This document shows positions 35,636-49,000 of a stretch of DNA of 64,000 nt, piece by piece. The translations under genes were made by a program, and so were the position numbers. This stretch comes from Zootoca vivipara (taxonomy: Eukaryota), in the NCBI RefSeq assembly GCF_963506605.1, contig NC_083277.1, positions 94,798,001 through 94,862,000 on the forward strand, given 5' to 3'. Every line of letters starts with the position of its first letter. The stretch's first letter is position 1. The notes beneath the pieces are model-generated. The model worked only from the letters and a program-made list of their open reading frames with translations. It made no database searches and had not been told where the DNA came from.

Positions 35636-37031
35636 ATAATAGTACCTTATATAAATGAGCTACTTCATTTTTGTAGCGTGTATGAAGGGTGGGTAGACAT
35701 ACATGGGTCTTGTTTGCATGACACAGGAAGCCAAACCTTTGCATAGTGAGAGATGGCAAGAGTGCGTAGCTCTTGGAGAGGAGCTCACAGTTGCTATATT
35801 CTTCCCTGGTGCTTTTAGCTGCTGTGCTGAGCTAAGCCAAGATGTGTCATCTGAACCGGGGCTTGTGGTTACGTAGTCTCATCACTAACCACAGTTCAGA
35901 CGACATGTTAAACCAAACATTAGCTGAGCTCAGTGCAGTTTGGCAACATAAAGGACAAGGGAGAAGTAAAGCAGCTGAAAGCTTTTCCCTGGGGAGACTG
36001 CGTGGTCTCGCTAAGCTAAGGTTTGGCTTAGCATGTCTTGTGAACCAGGCCATTGTCAAATTATACATAAACAACAGTGTAATAGTTATACGTGAAAAGA
36101 CACATAGAATGAACACTGGTCTGTGCACAAACCGGCCCTTGAACTGGAGCGAAAGTACAAACATTTCATTTTTATCCTACTTTTAAAGTTGGAATTATAA
36201 ACGAACACCAAGCTTGCCACTCCCATGTTCATAACTCCCATAAAAGCAACACGGCAAATTTGCCCCATCCTTGCCCCATTAGGCCACCCAAGCCTGTACC
36301 ACTTTCAGGCCAAGGAAATAATGCACCGGCAGCTAGAGGTTCGCTCACTGTAATGATCACTTTAGAAAGCTGCAACAAGAGGGCTCCTCCCGAGCATGGA
36401 AGGCAAATCATATGCTCTGTGGAAGGAGCTGATGGATGTAGACCAGGCTATACAAAGCAATTCCTGTCCCAACCTTCTCCATGGAATAGAATTTCCCCCA
36501 TGTCTGCATCAGTAGTCCCTGTGCAGGTGAAAGTCTGGTGTGGGAAATACCTACATGATCTGGAGTATCTGAGAAATGGGTGCTTTCACTTGTTCCTGAT
36601 ACAGTAGGACAGTTGACCACATTGCTGCTGGTAGGGGGCTTTTGCTTTAGGTCATGCCACTGAGGTAATGTGCATCGGACCAAGGGCCGAGGCCAATGCC
36701 TGTCATACAAGAAGACATCGTATTTCCTGCCCGTGTGACCAGACCTTTCTGTGGTCTCACAAACTGGAATGGATGGCTTTGCCTTGGAGACTTCCCCACA
36801 GTTTGCAGGTTTAAGCAAGACTTGGCTTTGGTGCGGACCATTAAAATAGTTCCTAAGGCAATGGCAAACACTCCAGTGATACCTCAGGCCCAGCCTCAGG
36901 TAAGCTGACGCAATGCAGTCTCTCTTGCAGGCTCTCCCAGCGACATAAGGAAGATGGACTCCATGATACTACACAACCTGTCCACAGTAATAATTCTGAG
37001 ACTCTATTCCTTGAAGCCAGGATCTTCATGC

Positions 37032-40000
37032 TCACTTCTTGGGGCTCTGAGTGCTTTGCGGGGAGCCCTGCACATAAGACATGATGGCGTTTTGAAGAAA
37101 GCTGACTCGCTGGGCTTCCTCATCCCTCATCCTGGAGATCTCTGCCTCACGAACCCGCAGCTTCTCCAGGAGGCTTGAGACTTCGCCCTCTTTGTCCAGT
37201 AGCGCCTCCCGGTGGTTGCTGGACAGAACTGCATAAAGAAGAACAAAGCATCAGCACACCAAGACCTCTGTGGTCCTCAGGATTCTGAAAATGCTCTTGG
37301 GGCTGGGCAAAGCTTTACACAGCAGTGGCAGAAAACCAGAAAGCCCCCATTGCCCGTATGATCTCTGCTGGTGGAGAAATCTGGGTTTCTTCTTTGAATG
37401 TAAACCTCCTAAAATGACAAAATGGACAAACCTCTCTCTTGCTAACTGTGACAAGTCACTCCCCCAGCTCCAAAGATGCTACTGGACAAGAGCTGCAATT
37501 GCACTGCTGTTTGGGGAGTTGGCATCTGGGATAGCTAGGAGGCAGAAATAAGAGAGGGTGCCCCGATCTTCTCAATCCTGTGGGCTGGATGTGACATTGT
37601 CCCCAGCTGGTAGACTGCAAAGGTTCCACCTTTCCACCTCTTGCTCATGTATGAGCCACTTAATCTTCTACTCCTGCCCTGCATCAAATGCTTCCATTTC
37701 TCTTTATGTCAGTTTGAGAGAGGCTGCCACATGGATTCCAGACAGCCCTCTCATTTCCTCCTCCTTTGCTGGGACTCTCCGTGAGCCATCTCTGCCTCCT
37801 CCAGTCCCAAACCTGCCAGCAAGAAGGAAGCAGGATGCAAAAGGTCCCATTTGTCAGACCCAGCTCCAAGGCATCAAAGGATGCAAAACGAAGGGCTACA
37901 AGAGTGCTTGATGGAGTTGGAAACAAATCACCTTGGTCTCACAGGCATGGCATACCACCCTGTTTCTTGCAGCTTCTGAGGAAGCAGAGGCACACCATTC
38001 CCTACCTTTCAGCTGTCGCTCCAGGGCTGCAATCTTCTCCTGCAGCCCTTCCTGTGCTGTCCTCTCGGCCTCAAGGTGCCCTATCTTCTCCTGCAGCCCT
38101 ACTCGCACTTTGTTGATCTCAGTTACCTTCTCCTGTTCCTTGCTGCTCAACTCCTGCCATACGAAATACAGGCGACAAAGCAAGTCAAGAGGGCTGCAGG
38201 CTGAGTATGAACCATTTTAAAAGCTCAGAGGAGCTGCCCATCCCATCCCTTCCCTGTACTTACATCTACCATCTCTTACAGACCCCCAATTCTACACCAA
38301 TTCAATACTCCAGTCAGCAGAAATTGCATGGGTTTGAAAATTTAATCTGGCAGTGAAGGATGCCCTACCCCCACTTTTCCCACTTTATATTATTATTATT
38401 ACTACTACTACTACTTAGGGAATTTATATACCACTCAATCACCATGGCCTCCAAACCACACTCTCCATTCACCTGCTGAAGTTCTTCCACCCGCCTCTTG
38501 AGCCCTTCCACTTGTAGGCTCAGGTGGCCCTCCTTAGACTGGGCCTCAGCCACTGCTTGCTTTTGCTGCAGGCAGTAATTCTGAGCCTCGTCGCGGGACT
38601 GCATCATCAGCCGCAGCTTCTCCTCCAGGTGCTCCTGTCGCTGTTGCTGCAAATTCCAAAATGGGGGTGTGAGAGGAGGGGGTGGGAAATCAACTGCTTG
38701 AAATTTTATACATAACACCGGCATGCACTAATTAGGGCTGTCGTCCAGTTAAGGAAAACCTCCACCCATTATTAGTGCAAATTTTAATCCTTTAGTTATT
38801 TGACTGAAATTGCATACAACTTTTGAAAAAGCCATAGTTGTGAAGCAAAAAGCATAGATTGTGGGCTCATGTTAGCCATGTGTGTGTTTGAGAAAGGGGA
38901 ATTCCTATTTCTAAAACCGTGCTTGCCACCTGCAGTTTTTGGAAGTAGCAATACAATGTGATGTTGAATTCGCTTCCAAGCGTGCAGTTCTGCAACATAA
39001 ATTTTGCTGTTCTGCAGAGGCAAGAAAACATGAAGCTGCCACTGAAAATGCCAACACTCCCCCACCACTCCAAAATGGTTATCCCCTCTCTCTCAAACTG
39101 GTTTCACACCCTGATGCTATGACACAGAGAGTTTCCCGGCCCTGTTTCCACATCACTGGGTGCCACTTGTTTGTTTGGGGAAACACAATGATGTGATACG
39201 ATGTAGGCAGTACAACGCATTATGGATGGAATGAGGACAAGTCAAGTGGTTTGCTGCTGTTGCGGCTTCTGCAACCACCCACCCCCTTTGTTTCTTATAA
39301 CATGTAGCTCCACCCTCAGCACCCAGCTGTGCTCACCTCTTCCAACCTGGCTTGGTTCTTGGCTTTGATGAGCTCTTCCTCAATCTGGCCTCGCTCTACA
39401 AGGGCAGCGGCTTTCACTCGGCTCAATTCCTAATTACAAAAGCAAAAAAGGGCATTAGGTGACAACTTCGGGTTAAGAATCTTGATGTCACTTCAGCTTT
39501 CCTAAGCGATGTCATCCGACAGGATGTATTTGGATGGAAGATCCTAGAGGAGGTCGAAAAACAACGGAGGATAGGGACTGGGTATGTTTTTCACACAAAG
39601 GTTGGCTATGGCAGTAAGCAGCTTATGGCTGGGACTTGGTACCTTGCGGCGGATCTGCTGCCGTTCCACTCACCTCCTCAAGCCCTATGCGGATGGCTTC
39701 CAGCCTCTGGATGCGCTCCTGCAGGGACCGCTCACTTGCCTCCATGTGATGGTTCAGGTGATCTACCTGCATTATGAATGGCACAAAGGAAGGGGGTACA
39801 TAACAGCATCTGAGCACCATCTAGTGCAGGCATCCCCAAACTTTGGCCCTTCAGATGTTTTGGACTACAATTCCCATCATCCCTGACCACTGGTCCTGTT
39901 AGCTAGGGATCTTGGGACTTGTAGGCCAAAACATCTGGAGGGCCGCAGTTTGGGGGTGCCTGATCTAGTGTAACCCCTTCAGCAAATAGAGACCTTCTCA

Positions 40001-43000
40001 TTCTCAGCTCAGAAAGGGATGTTGGACTCCACTCTGTCCCAAACGGTTTTGGAGCAAAGCCTTCCTTTCAATATATATACACAAATGGACTGACCTCCTG
40101 ATAAGAAATGAGGACTGATTCAGACTATGGAGCTTCTGCTTAGAGTCAGTCTAACCCAGCAAGCCACACAGGCTAATTGGGAGATCCCTCAAGGGGAAAT
40201 GTATTTCCCCTGCCCCAGACTCTTGGGAAGTAAGATCTGAAATGTGGGAACCATTGTGAAAGCATCCAGTCCTTTGTATGGAGAAGAGGAAAATGGAGAT
40301 TGCAATTGGGGAATTCCCCCTCCAAAAGGGAACAAAAGGCCTTTCCACCCTCCCCCCACCTCCCCACTGCTTAGGGCAGGCATCCCCAAACTGCGGCCCT
40401 CCAGATGTTTTGGCCTACAACTCCCATGATCCCTAGCTAACAGGACCAGTGGACGGGGAAGATGGGAATTGTAGTCCAAAACATCTGGAGGGCTGAAGTT
40501 TGGGGATGCCTGGCTTAGGGCTTTGCTGTCCCCCTGGGGGCACCCCCTTCCTTTTCTCTTCATTCAGTCATGTGAAATGGGAAAGGGACTGAAACCTCTT
40601 GTAGGAAAAACACTGCAACCCTACATCTTATGCAGCAAGATGCTAACTAAACAAAGGAATTAAATTTTCACCTGAGACAGAGAGTTCACTTGAGTCAGCT
40701 CTGCCTCCTTGAGAAGGGATCTGTGTTTGTCTTCTTATCACGCCACACCCCCCCTTTCCCCAGGGAGCATAGCTGCCAAGTTATCCCTTTTTTTAAGGGA
40801 TTTTCCCTTATGCTGAATAGGCTTCCTCGCGAGAAAGGGGAAAACTTGGCAGCTATGCCAGGGAGGCTGCTGAAGGACTTGGCCGCCCTCAACCTCACCT
40901 CCTTCAGCCGAAGGGACTCTGCATCTTCAAGGATCTGCTTGAACCTCTTCTTCTCCATCTCCAAACGCTCTGAAGATAAGCAGAGAGAACTACAATGAGG
41001 TGCCAGCTGCTTGATCCTTCACCCGTTCACCTCTTCTGGGGAATCCAGACTCCATCTTACACTCAACCGTTCCAGACTCCCCAAATCCGGCTCACCTTCA
41101 GCCTGTACAGCCCTCAGCTTCATTTCTGCAGTTCTGTGGGTCAGGTCCTCCTTCACCTGGAAGAGCTGTTCCTGCTGTGCTTTGCACCTTCTTTCCAGGT
41201 CGTCCACCTAGAAGGAAGCCACTCTCATGATACCCAGGCAAGCCCAGTCTCTGCACCCTGGACTGCTGGGGCAAGGGGAAGAGGCAGGAGCCTGGCGGCA
41301 GGAAAAGAAGAAGATGGGTTGTCAAGAGTTCCTGGTGTGTGTGTGTCAGGTAAGCTACCCATTGCAGGTACTCAAGCCATTCTCTTACCTGATTCTTGAG
41401 CAGGAGATTCTTCTCATGGGCTGCTGAAAGTTCTCGCTGAAGTGTTGCCTCTCGATTAGCAGATGCCTACAAAGGCAGGCAGTGGAAACTATCAGTTCTT
41501 CTTCCCCTACTTTTCTTCTATCCTCCTCACATACCCCCTATGTAGCACTGCTTCCCATACTACCACCACCACATCAGCTCTGGGCACCTTTCCCAACAAA
41601 GTCCTCCATGCTGAGGCATCAGGTAGTGCCACCTGCCACTTGCTCAGCCACGGATGGCCCCAGTCTGCCCAGTCTGCCCAGATCACCCCGGCCTACCATT
41701 TTGTGTTGCTGCAACTCTTTGACCTGGCTCTCAACCAGCCTCGCCTGCTCCTGCTTTGCCATACTCAGCAGCTCTCCCAGGTTGCACACCTTCTGCTCGG
41801 ACAAAGCCAAAGCGGCCTCCGTCATTTGGAGCCTGCAAGGCAGGAAGTGTCACATGAACCGCTCCAGAGCTATGCTCAAGACTGCAGTAGATTAGGGACA
41901 TTCAGCAAAGCAAACGCCCGAGCGCTTGTGGCCAGAATCAGGTGGTGGAGGAGACAAATTGGCCTGCATAATCGCTTTCAACCTGAAGACCTTACCAGCC
42001 ACAAAACCCCATACGTGGAGTGGAGGAGACATTCTCAAGAGGAGTTAACCCGGTATAACAAACTTTCACGGGGTTTTCAGGGATGAGGAATTTGATGCCC
42101 TCCCGATATTTGTTGGACTACAACTCCCATCATCCCTCACCACTAGCCAGGCTGGCTAGGGCCCGACAACATCTGGAAGGCCACATGCTCTCCGTACCTC
42201 CGAGAAATATGTACTTAGATCAACATCAACTCTATGATTTTATGATTCGATGATAAACAGGGCCTGTTCTCGCTTGACTATCGCCTCACCACCCCAGGAT
42301 GAACATCAACCATTGTGTGTGAAGGATCATAATGTGTTTTTGATAGATATTTTTAAAATATAATAAATGTAAATGTAAATACTAACCTAATTGAAATACT
42401 GTATTACTTGTAAGCCACCTTGGAGGAATGTAAATTGTGATAACTAAATAGACAGCATATCCATTTTATTCTACAGGATGCTGGAAAACCATTTCAGCAT
42501 TCATGCGACAAAGGTCAAGTCCAATGTATTTCTCCAGGCATATACTACGACAGAAATCTTCCACCTTTTGAGACTTGGGACCACCTTCTGCCAAGACATG
42601 CATTTGGGGACCCACCTCTTAATTTTTAGCTGCATTTCTGCATAGTGGTAGTGCAGTTGGTGTGACTCGCTCTAGATCAAATTGTGATCCAGTAGGGAGT
42701 CCCAGTAGCGAGCGAGAACAAGATGGTGTATTAGATGGGTCACACCATCCATTTAAAACTCTCTTAGACGATTTTAACAGTCATGGCTTCCCCCTAAGAA
42801 ACCTGGGAACTGGCTAAGGGCGCTGGGAACTGTAGCTCCGCGAGGAGCTGCCTAACAGCTCTCAGCAACCCAAACTACAGTTCCCAGAATTCTTTGGAGG
42901 AAGCCGTGACTATTAAAGTGGTATAAGAGGGCTTTAATTGGATGGTGTGGGTGTAGCTCTTTAGACTGAGATTCCGTTTGAGCCAGATATCTGGTTGGAA

Positions 43001-46000
43001 ATTAAATCCTGATTTATCCGACCGCCTTGCCCAACAGGTTTCCAAAAAGTTGCTGCTCCTTACTTTGCTTGTAGTGAGTTCAACACGGAATGTCGCTCCA
43101 TCAGGGCCTCTTGCAACTGCCCAATTCGTGTCGCTGATACCCTGCAGCATGGAGAAGAGAGGCAATATCCAGGTATGGGACTATCCGTAAAATATATTTT
43201 GTAGCAAGAGCAGGGAAGGGGGCAGCCAAGTTGTGGCAAAAGTACTGGCTAAAATAGGACAAACAGTGACAAGCAGAAGGTAGATTCTTAGAAATCCTTT
43301 AAAAAAACAACAACCCACAGCATACTTTGTAAATAGTTCCTATGGGAGAAGTAATGCTTTACAAGGGTTCAGCACTCTGAATAACCTGCTTTGATATTTT
43401 TGTGAGCTGCTTTTGACTGTATGAGGAAAGGCGGGTACAAACTCCCCCCTGAAGGGCCAGTACTTTTATTTAAGACACACCTAATTGATATGAAAATACA
43501 CAGCACATTGTATAGAGGGGCTTAAAGTGAGAAAAATGCAGGGGCCCCATGGGCGTGTAGCTTGCAAACTGTTATCAAATGCCTGCCTTTCTCTACACGC
43601 CCAGTAAAGGAGGAGGGGAGTACAAGCTGGGTTCACAGGACCAGATAAGGGAGAAGGGTGTATTGCATTTGGAAAACATGTGTTTTTGTAGTTAAGGAAA
43701 TAAGGTGTTGGCCTGTTTTTGACTGTATAAAAGTATTGTAAATCCACAATTCAGTGTGCAGGTTGCGAGCTGATTGCACTGCACCATTTACTTAGCATAT
43801 GCTGAGCAAATAAATCTTGTTGTATCCTGCCTGGCATGTTGCCTCTTTGTGTGGTTCCATTGCTCCTAATACCCGGGTGGGACTTAGGTCCTACATTTCT
43901 GGGGGCTCGTCCGGGATTTGTACAGGACATTTGGACCCACACAAGGGCAGGTCCGACCTCCCCGGTCCGGTTGGGGGCCGCGGAGCCGCTGCTTGATGTT
44001 TCAGCGCGCACCAGGTGCTTGTGGCTGGGAAACTGAAAGCAAGTATCCGCGATCGCTGCCGTGCCGTGGATGAGTGGAGTGACAAGGAATGGAGCCGGCT
44101 GAAGGAAAGAGACTGTCTCAACCCCGCAGGATGGGTGAGTAAGGGACCCCGCAGCAGAGGTAGGGGCAAGAGGCCTGATCAGCCTCGTGGAAGTGGTCTA
44201 GTAGGCACGCAGTAGAGGTAAGACGTGACCGAACCATCCTTCCATAAGGGACGGAGTAAAACGCGTAAAGGTAAACGCGTAAAGGTAAACGCGTAAGGTA
44301 AAAATAAATTTAAATAAATAAATAAATAAAAATAAAGAAATGAATAAAAAAAATGGGAAGGTAAAAGGGAACCAGGTTAGGTTGGGAGGCTGTTTGTGTG
44401 AGGCGCCTATATGCATGGAGTGTGAAAGAGTGGGGGACCGTAGAGGAAACCCAAAACTGAGTGTGGGTCTCTGCCTTGGCAGAGACCGGACTGGGCAGTA
44501 GTGCGTTTCCTGCGTGTGGGCGACCACCCAGGCCACGAAACCCAGGTGCGAGTGTGTGAGTGCAGTGAATAATTGAGGTGAAGGGAAAATGGGGGGAGGC
44601 TCATCAACCCCAGTGTATAAGAGTTTGATGGAACAAGCAAATTCCTTAAAATGAAGGAAAGATATATATATGGTTATATGTTACATGTTGTCTGTTATGT
44701 GTGTTTGTTAAGTATATGTGAGTCTGTTCCTTGTCTCTGTCAAAAGGCCAGACAGAAACCCATAAATAATTAGAGAAAAATCCAGCCTGAGAGTCTGTAT
44801 GTTAGAGATCTCTGTTTTTTCTTGAAGTAAATAAGAGCTGTACTCAAGACTGAAAATGTTCAAGGGATTTGTTTAAATTTGGCCATAATATCCACAGATA
44901 GTTATAATTGCAAGCTTGCTCTAAAATTTTTAGTTTAAAGAAGCCATGTTGGACCTGATCAATCTTAAACATGGCAATGTAAGAATGAGGTGTGCAAAGG
45001 TTTTGTTATTTGAAAAGGGCTCCAAAATAGAGTCTTCCTCTAAGTGGTAGAAAGGAAAGGAAAGAATTCCTGTACGTGTTAAACTGTGTTCTGAGAGGGG
45101 GATTGCCCCCCCTTGCAATTAAAGAGGAAAGAAATTTGGAGCTTATGGGGAATGTTTAGTTGGAATTGAGTTTATGAGAGAGCTAATTTACCGTCATGTT
45201 CTATTCTACTTTGAAATGTGCTTTGAATTTAGCCTAATGTTTTTAATACGGCGTGCCTTCTAGGAAAATATTATTAAAGGTGGAGGCTCCATAGCCAGCA
45301 ATTGTCTACCTGAATCCAGTTTTAGCTTTGGTTCAATTGGGCAGAAGGGCTCCTACAGTTTCTGTGAGAGCAGCCAGGATTTACTAATAAGTAAACTTAC
45401 TCCCAAGTAAGCTTCCTTTCATGGGAAAGCTAAAAGGGAGGGGGGAAAGTATTGCTAGGAACTCCATTTGGTGTGAAAAGTACTCACCCCTTCTCAGTTT
45501 CTGTATGTGCTTATTTAACCCTTAGTTACTCCTATCCTTTGCGTTAGGCATACCATGCAAGTGAGGAAGATTCTTCTCTAGAAAATTCACCCAACCTGGG
45601 TATCTTATGTGTTATAAGCATCCCTTAGACTTTTTAGTTTAAGGAAGTAACTTCTGTCTTGAACTGTTTATCTTAAGGGTTGTTAAAGGCTTCTATATAA
45701 ATATTGGTATTTTTATCTTCCCCTTCTTATTTTCCTAGTACACTTGTGTGCTTGCATGATAGGGCATAGCCTGGGATTCCTTTCCCAGTTTTATGTCTGT
45801 ATTTAAATGTATGTGTCTCTCTGGTAGCACAAATCTTGCTGTGAACCCTGTATTTTAGAGCAGTGGTTCCCAATTAGCTAATTACTGAGGACCCCCTACT
45901 TTTGAAATTTTTGATAACTCTATAGTAGTTACCTCTGCAAAGCAAGTTTTTGAACAAAATGTGGGGTAGCTCCTAATAAGCAATGGATTTTAGGGATACT

Positions 46001-49000
46001 AAAAACAGATTAGGGCTGGGTGATAGCTGGTTTTCAACATCATGGTATATCAGCAGCTTATATCCTGATAAACCATGATGTGTGCCCCCCCCAAATATGG
46101 ACCAGGCGGTGGTAGGGGGTGGGGGAAAGTCTAACAGAGACCTCACCCCTCGCTGGCTCATGCTGGAGGCAAGGTGGGGGTTAAACTTCCCACTTGAGGG
46201 GAATGCAACTGCATACCTCTCAATGGAGAACTGGGACAGAGCTTGCATTTCCCCAGCTGAGCAGCCGCAATCCCACACCTGCTTGCGTGCAGAGGGACTC
46301 GGGAGGCAGCAGTTTCACCCATGATACACCGCTGAGTGAAGCCGTAGTTGCAGTCTGTCCCTCATGCTGGTCCTGGGCAATGTATCAGCCAGGCCTAGTG
46401 GGGTTGAGGGAAGGAGCAGCCACAGAGGTTGGATGAGGGGGGAGGAAGCAGAGTCACTTCCACCGCATGGTTTGAGTGGAAGGGGATGAGGGGGTACCGG
46501 TACTTCAAGCCGCCATCAGCAGGGCAGCGAGCGGTGGCAGCCAGTGAAGATACATGCCCACTGTGGCTGCTGCTGCTTTCTTGCTGATTAAGAAAGGCTG
46601 CTTTGCCTCAGTGAGAAGGGAAGGTAGTGCCATGGTGCCTTGAAGTGAGGATGATCTGTCAGTGTGAGGGGAAGGCAGGGTTTCGCAATCGGCTGCCCTG
46701 TTTTCCCTCAGCCTGAGGAGTGAAACATTGCTATGTATTGGCAGGTCAAAATTTTTTATTGCGATGGATTCTGGCCAATCTATTGAAAAACCACACAGCG
46801 CTATAACAGACCATAAAATTTGTGCTATTACCATGCAAAAATGACAAAAAATTAGTTGGGGGGAGGCAAGGGATGGGGCCGTGTACCACCTGGGTGTACT
46901 CCGTGGACCCCCAGGGGTCCCCGGACCCCTAATTGGGAACCATTGTTTTAGAGGGTCAGATTGGATGACCTTAGGTCCCTTCCAATTCTGTTACTTTATG
47001 GCTAGGTGGAAGGCAACGTGTCTGCAAGCCTACAAATTTCTTGCTGAGTAGGGGAGTTAAATGGTGGATTGTATGTTGTATGTGCAGTGAAGGTGCTAGG
47101 TAGGTAGAAGGAGAAAGAGAGAATGTGTCTGCAAGCAAGGAAAAGTGAGTTTAAATTCTGGTGGTGTAGTATAATGGGCTGAATCTGGTCAAGCATTGGT
47201 TTTCAGAGTTTGGAATGGAATTTAAGAAATGGAGTTTAGAAAGAAGTGGAGTTGGTATATCATGCATTGAGATGAGTATCCAAAGAGTTTTCACCATGTT
47301 GTCAGCAATTTTTGTGAGCTGCAAAGTTTAGGCACACACGAATTCATAATTAGGCTTTGGCATAAGGGAGGCAGAGAATTTAGTCTGCCCATGGCTGTAA
47401 TTATTAAATATATGAATTCTGGTCATTTCACTCGTACATAAGGGAGTGGATGATTTTCTGTTAATAACCAGAAATAGAGCACACAAATAATAATAATCCA
47501 CATTTGTGTAATTTTGGAATAGAAATCTGTACCCCAAAACTTGTAGAAAAAGGAGGCAAAATAAATCCCAAATTCCTTTGCCTGGGGTATATGTCTGTTT
47601 GGTGCAAGAAACAAGAAATAGTGTAGCAAATTATATTAGGACTCCAAACTAGGAAAATGGATATAAACTGGCTTTGGAAATTTTTTGCTAGGTTTCTGTT
47701 TTTTTGTTTGAAATCTAACCCTATTTTTAAAGTCTATTCCTCACCTTTCCCTTCCTTTATTCAAATTATGATTTAGCCAAGAGCATTTTAAATGGTACAA
47801 TAGATTTGCTGAAATATGAACTCTGTACATGCACAGAGGCTATGTCAGCTTGAAGAGAAAGAGAAAGGAGCAAAATGAAGTTTTAATTAAGAGGTTGCCA
47901 AGTTCCAAAATCTAACATGCCAAATTCTTTCCACAGGTATAAATATCAGAGTACTCCTACTATAAGTCTGTCTAATAATAATATTCCCTTTCAAACAGGA
48001 TGAATGAAGGGGAAAAATACAGGATGGGTGATGCCTGGCTTGAGAGCAGTGCATGTAAAAAGGATCTGGGAGTCTTGGTGGACCATAGACTTGACATGGG
48101 TCAACGGTGTGGTGCAGCAGCTAAAAAGGGGGCCGATGCAATTCTGAGCTGCATAAATAGGAGTATAGCATCTAGATCAGGGGAAGTAATGGTGCCACTG
48201 TATTCTGCTCTGGTCAAAACCTCACCTGGGGTGCTATGTCTGGTTCTGGGCACCACAGTTCGGGAGGGATACTGACAAGCTGGAACAGTGTCCAAAAGAG
48301 GGCAACCAAAGTGGTCAAAGGCCTGGAAACGATGCCTTATGAGGAACGGCTTGGGGAGCTGGGTGTGTTTGGCCTGGAGAAGAGAGGGATAAGGGGTGAT
48401 ATGATAACCATGTTCAAATATATAAAGGGCTGTCGTGTGGAGGAGGGAGAAAGGTTGTTTTCTGCTGCTCTGAAGGGGCAGACACGGAGCAGTGGATTGG
48501 ACTGCAGGAAAGAAGATTCTACCTAGACATTGGGAGGAACTTCCTGACAGTGGGAGCTGTTCGGCAGTGGAGTTTGCTGCCGGGGAGTGTGGTGGAGTCT
48601 CATTCTTTGGAGGTCTTTAAGCAGAGGCTTGACGGGCATATGTCAAGAATGCTTTGATGGTGTTTCCTGCTTGGCAGTGGGTTGGACTGGATGACCCTTG
48701 TGGTCTCTTTCAACTCTATGATTCTATGATTCTAGGATACACGAACCTCAAAGAGAATTCAGAACCATATAAGGAACTTGTGTCCTAATTAACAAAAATT
48801 TTGTCCTTGTTTTCTTCCATAGCCAAACTAGGTGAAGTAAATTAAACAGACAGCTTCCCAAGAAGAAATTTCTATAATATTCTCCCTTTTTCTGATTGTT
48901 ATTATTATTTTCTAACTAATTATGTCTTTAGACCCCAACCCCCTGCAGGTCTATTTTCAAAGGATGTTTTACAGGAAATCAAAATGATAAATAACATCTC

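Noticed and set aside
41463-42086. 207-aa plus-strand ORF
   Set aside because: Antisense shadow of an LRRC45 exon plus intron sequence; no recognisable domain.
43481-43747. Duplicated 88-aa ORF (also 50516-50782)
   Set aside because: Chance antisense ORF in the two LTRs; useful only as evidence of LTR identity.
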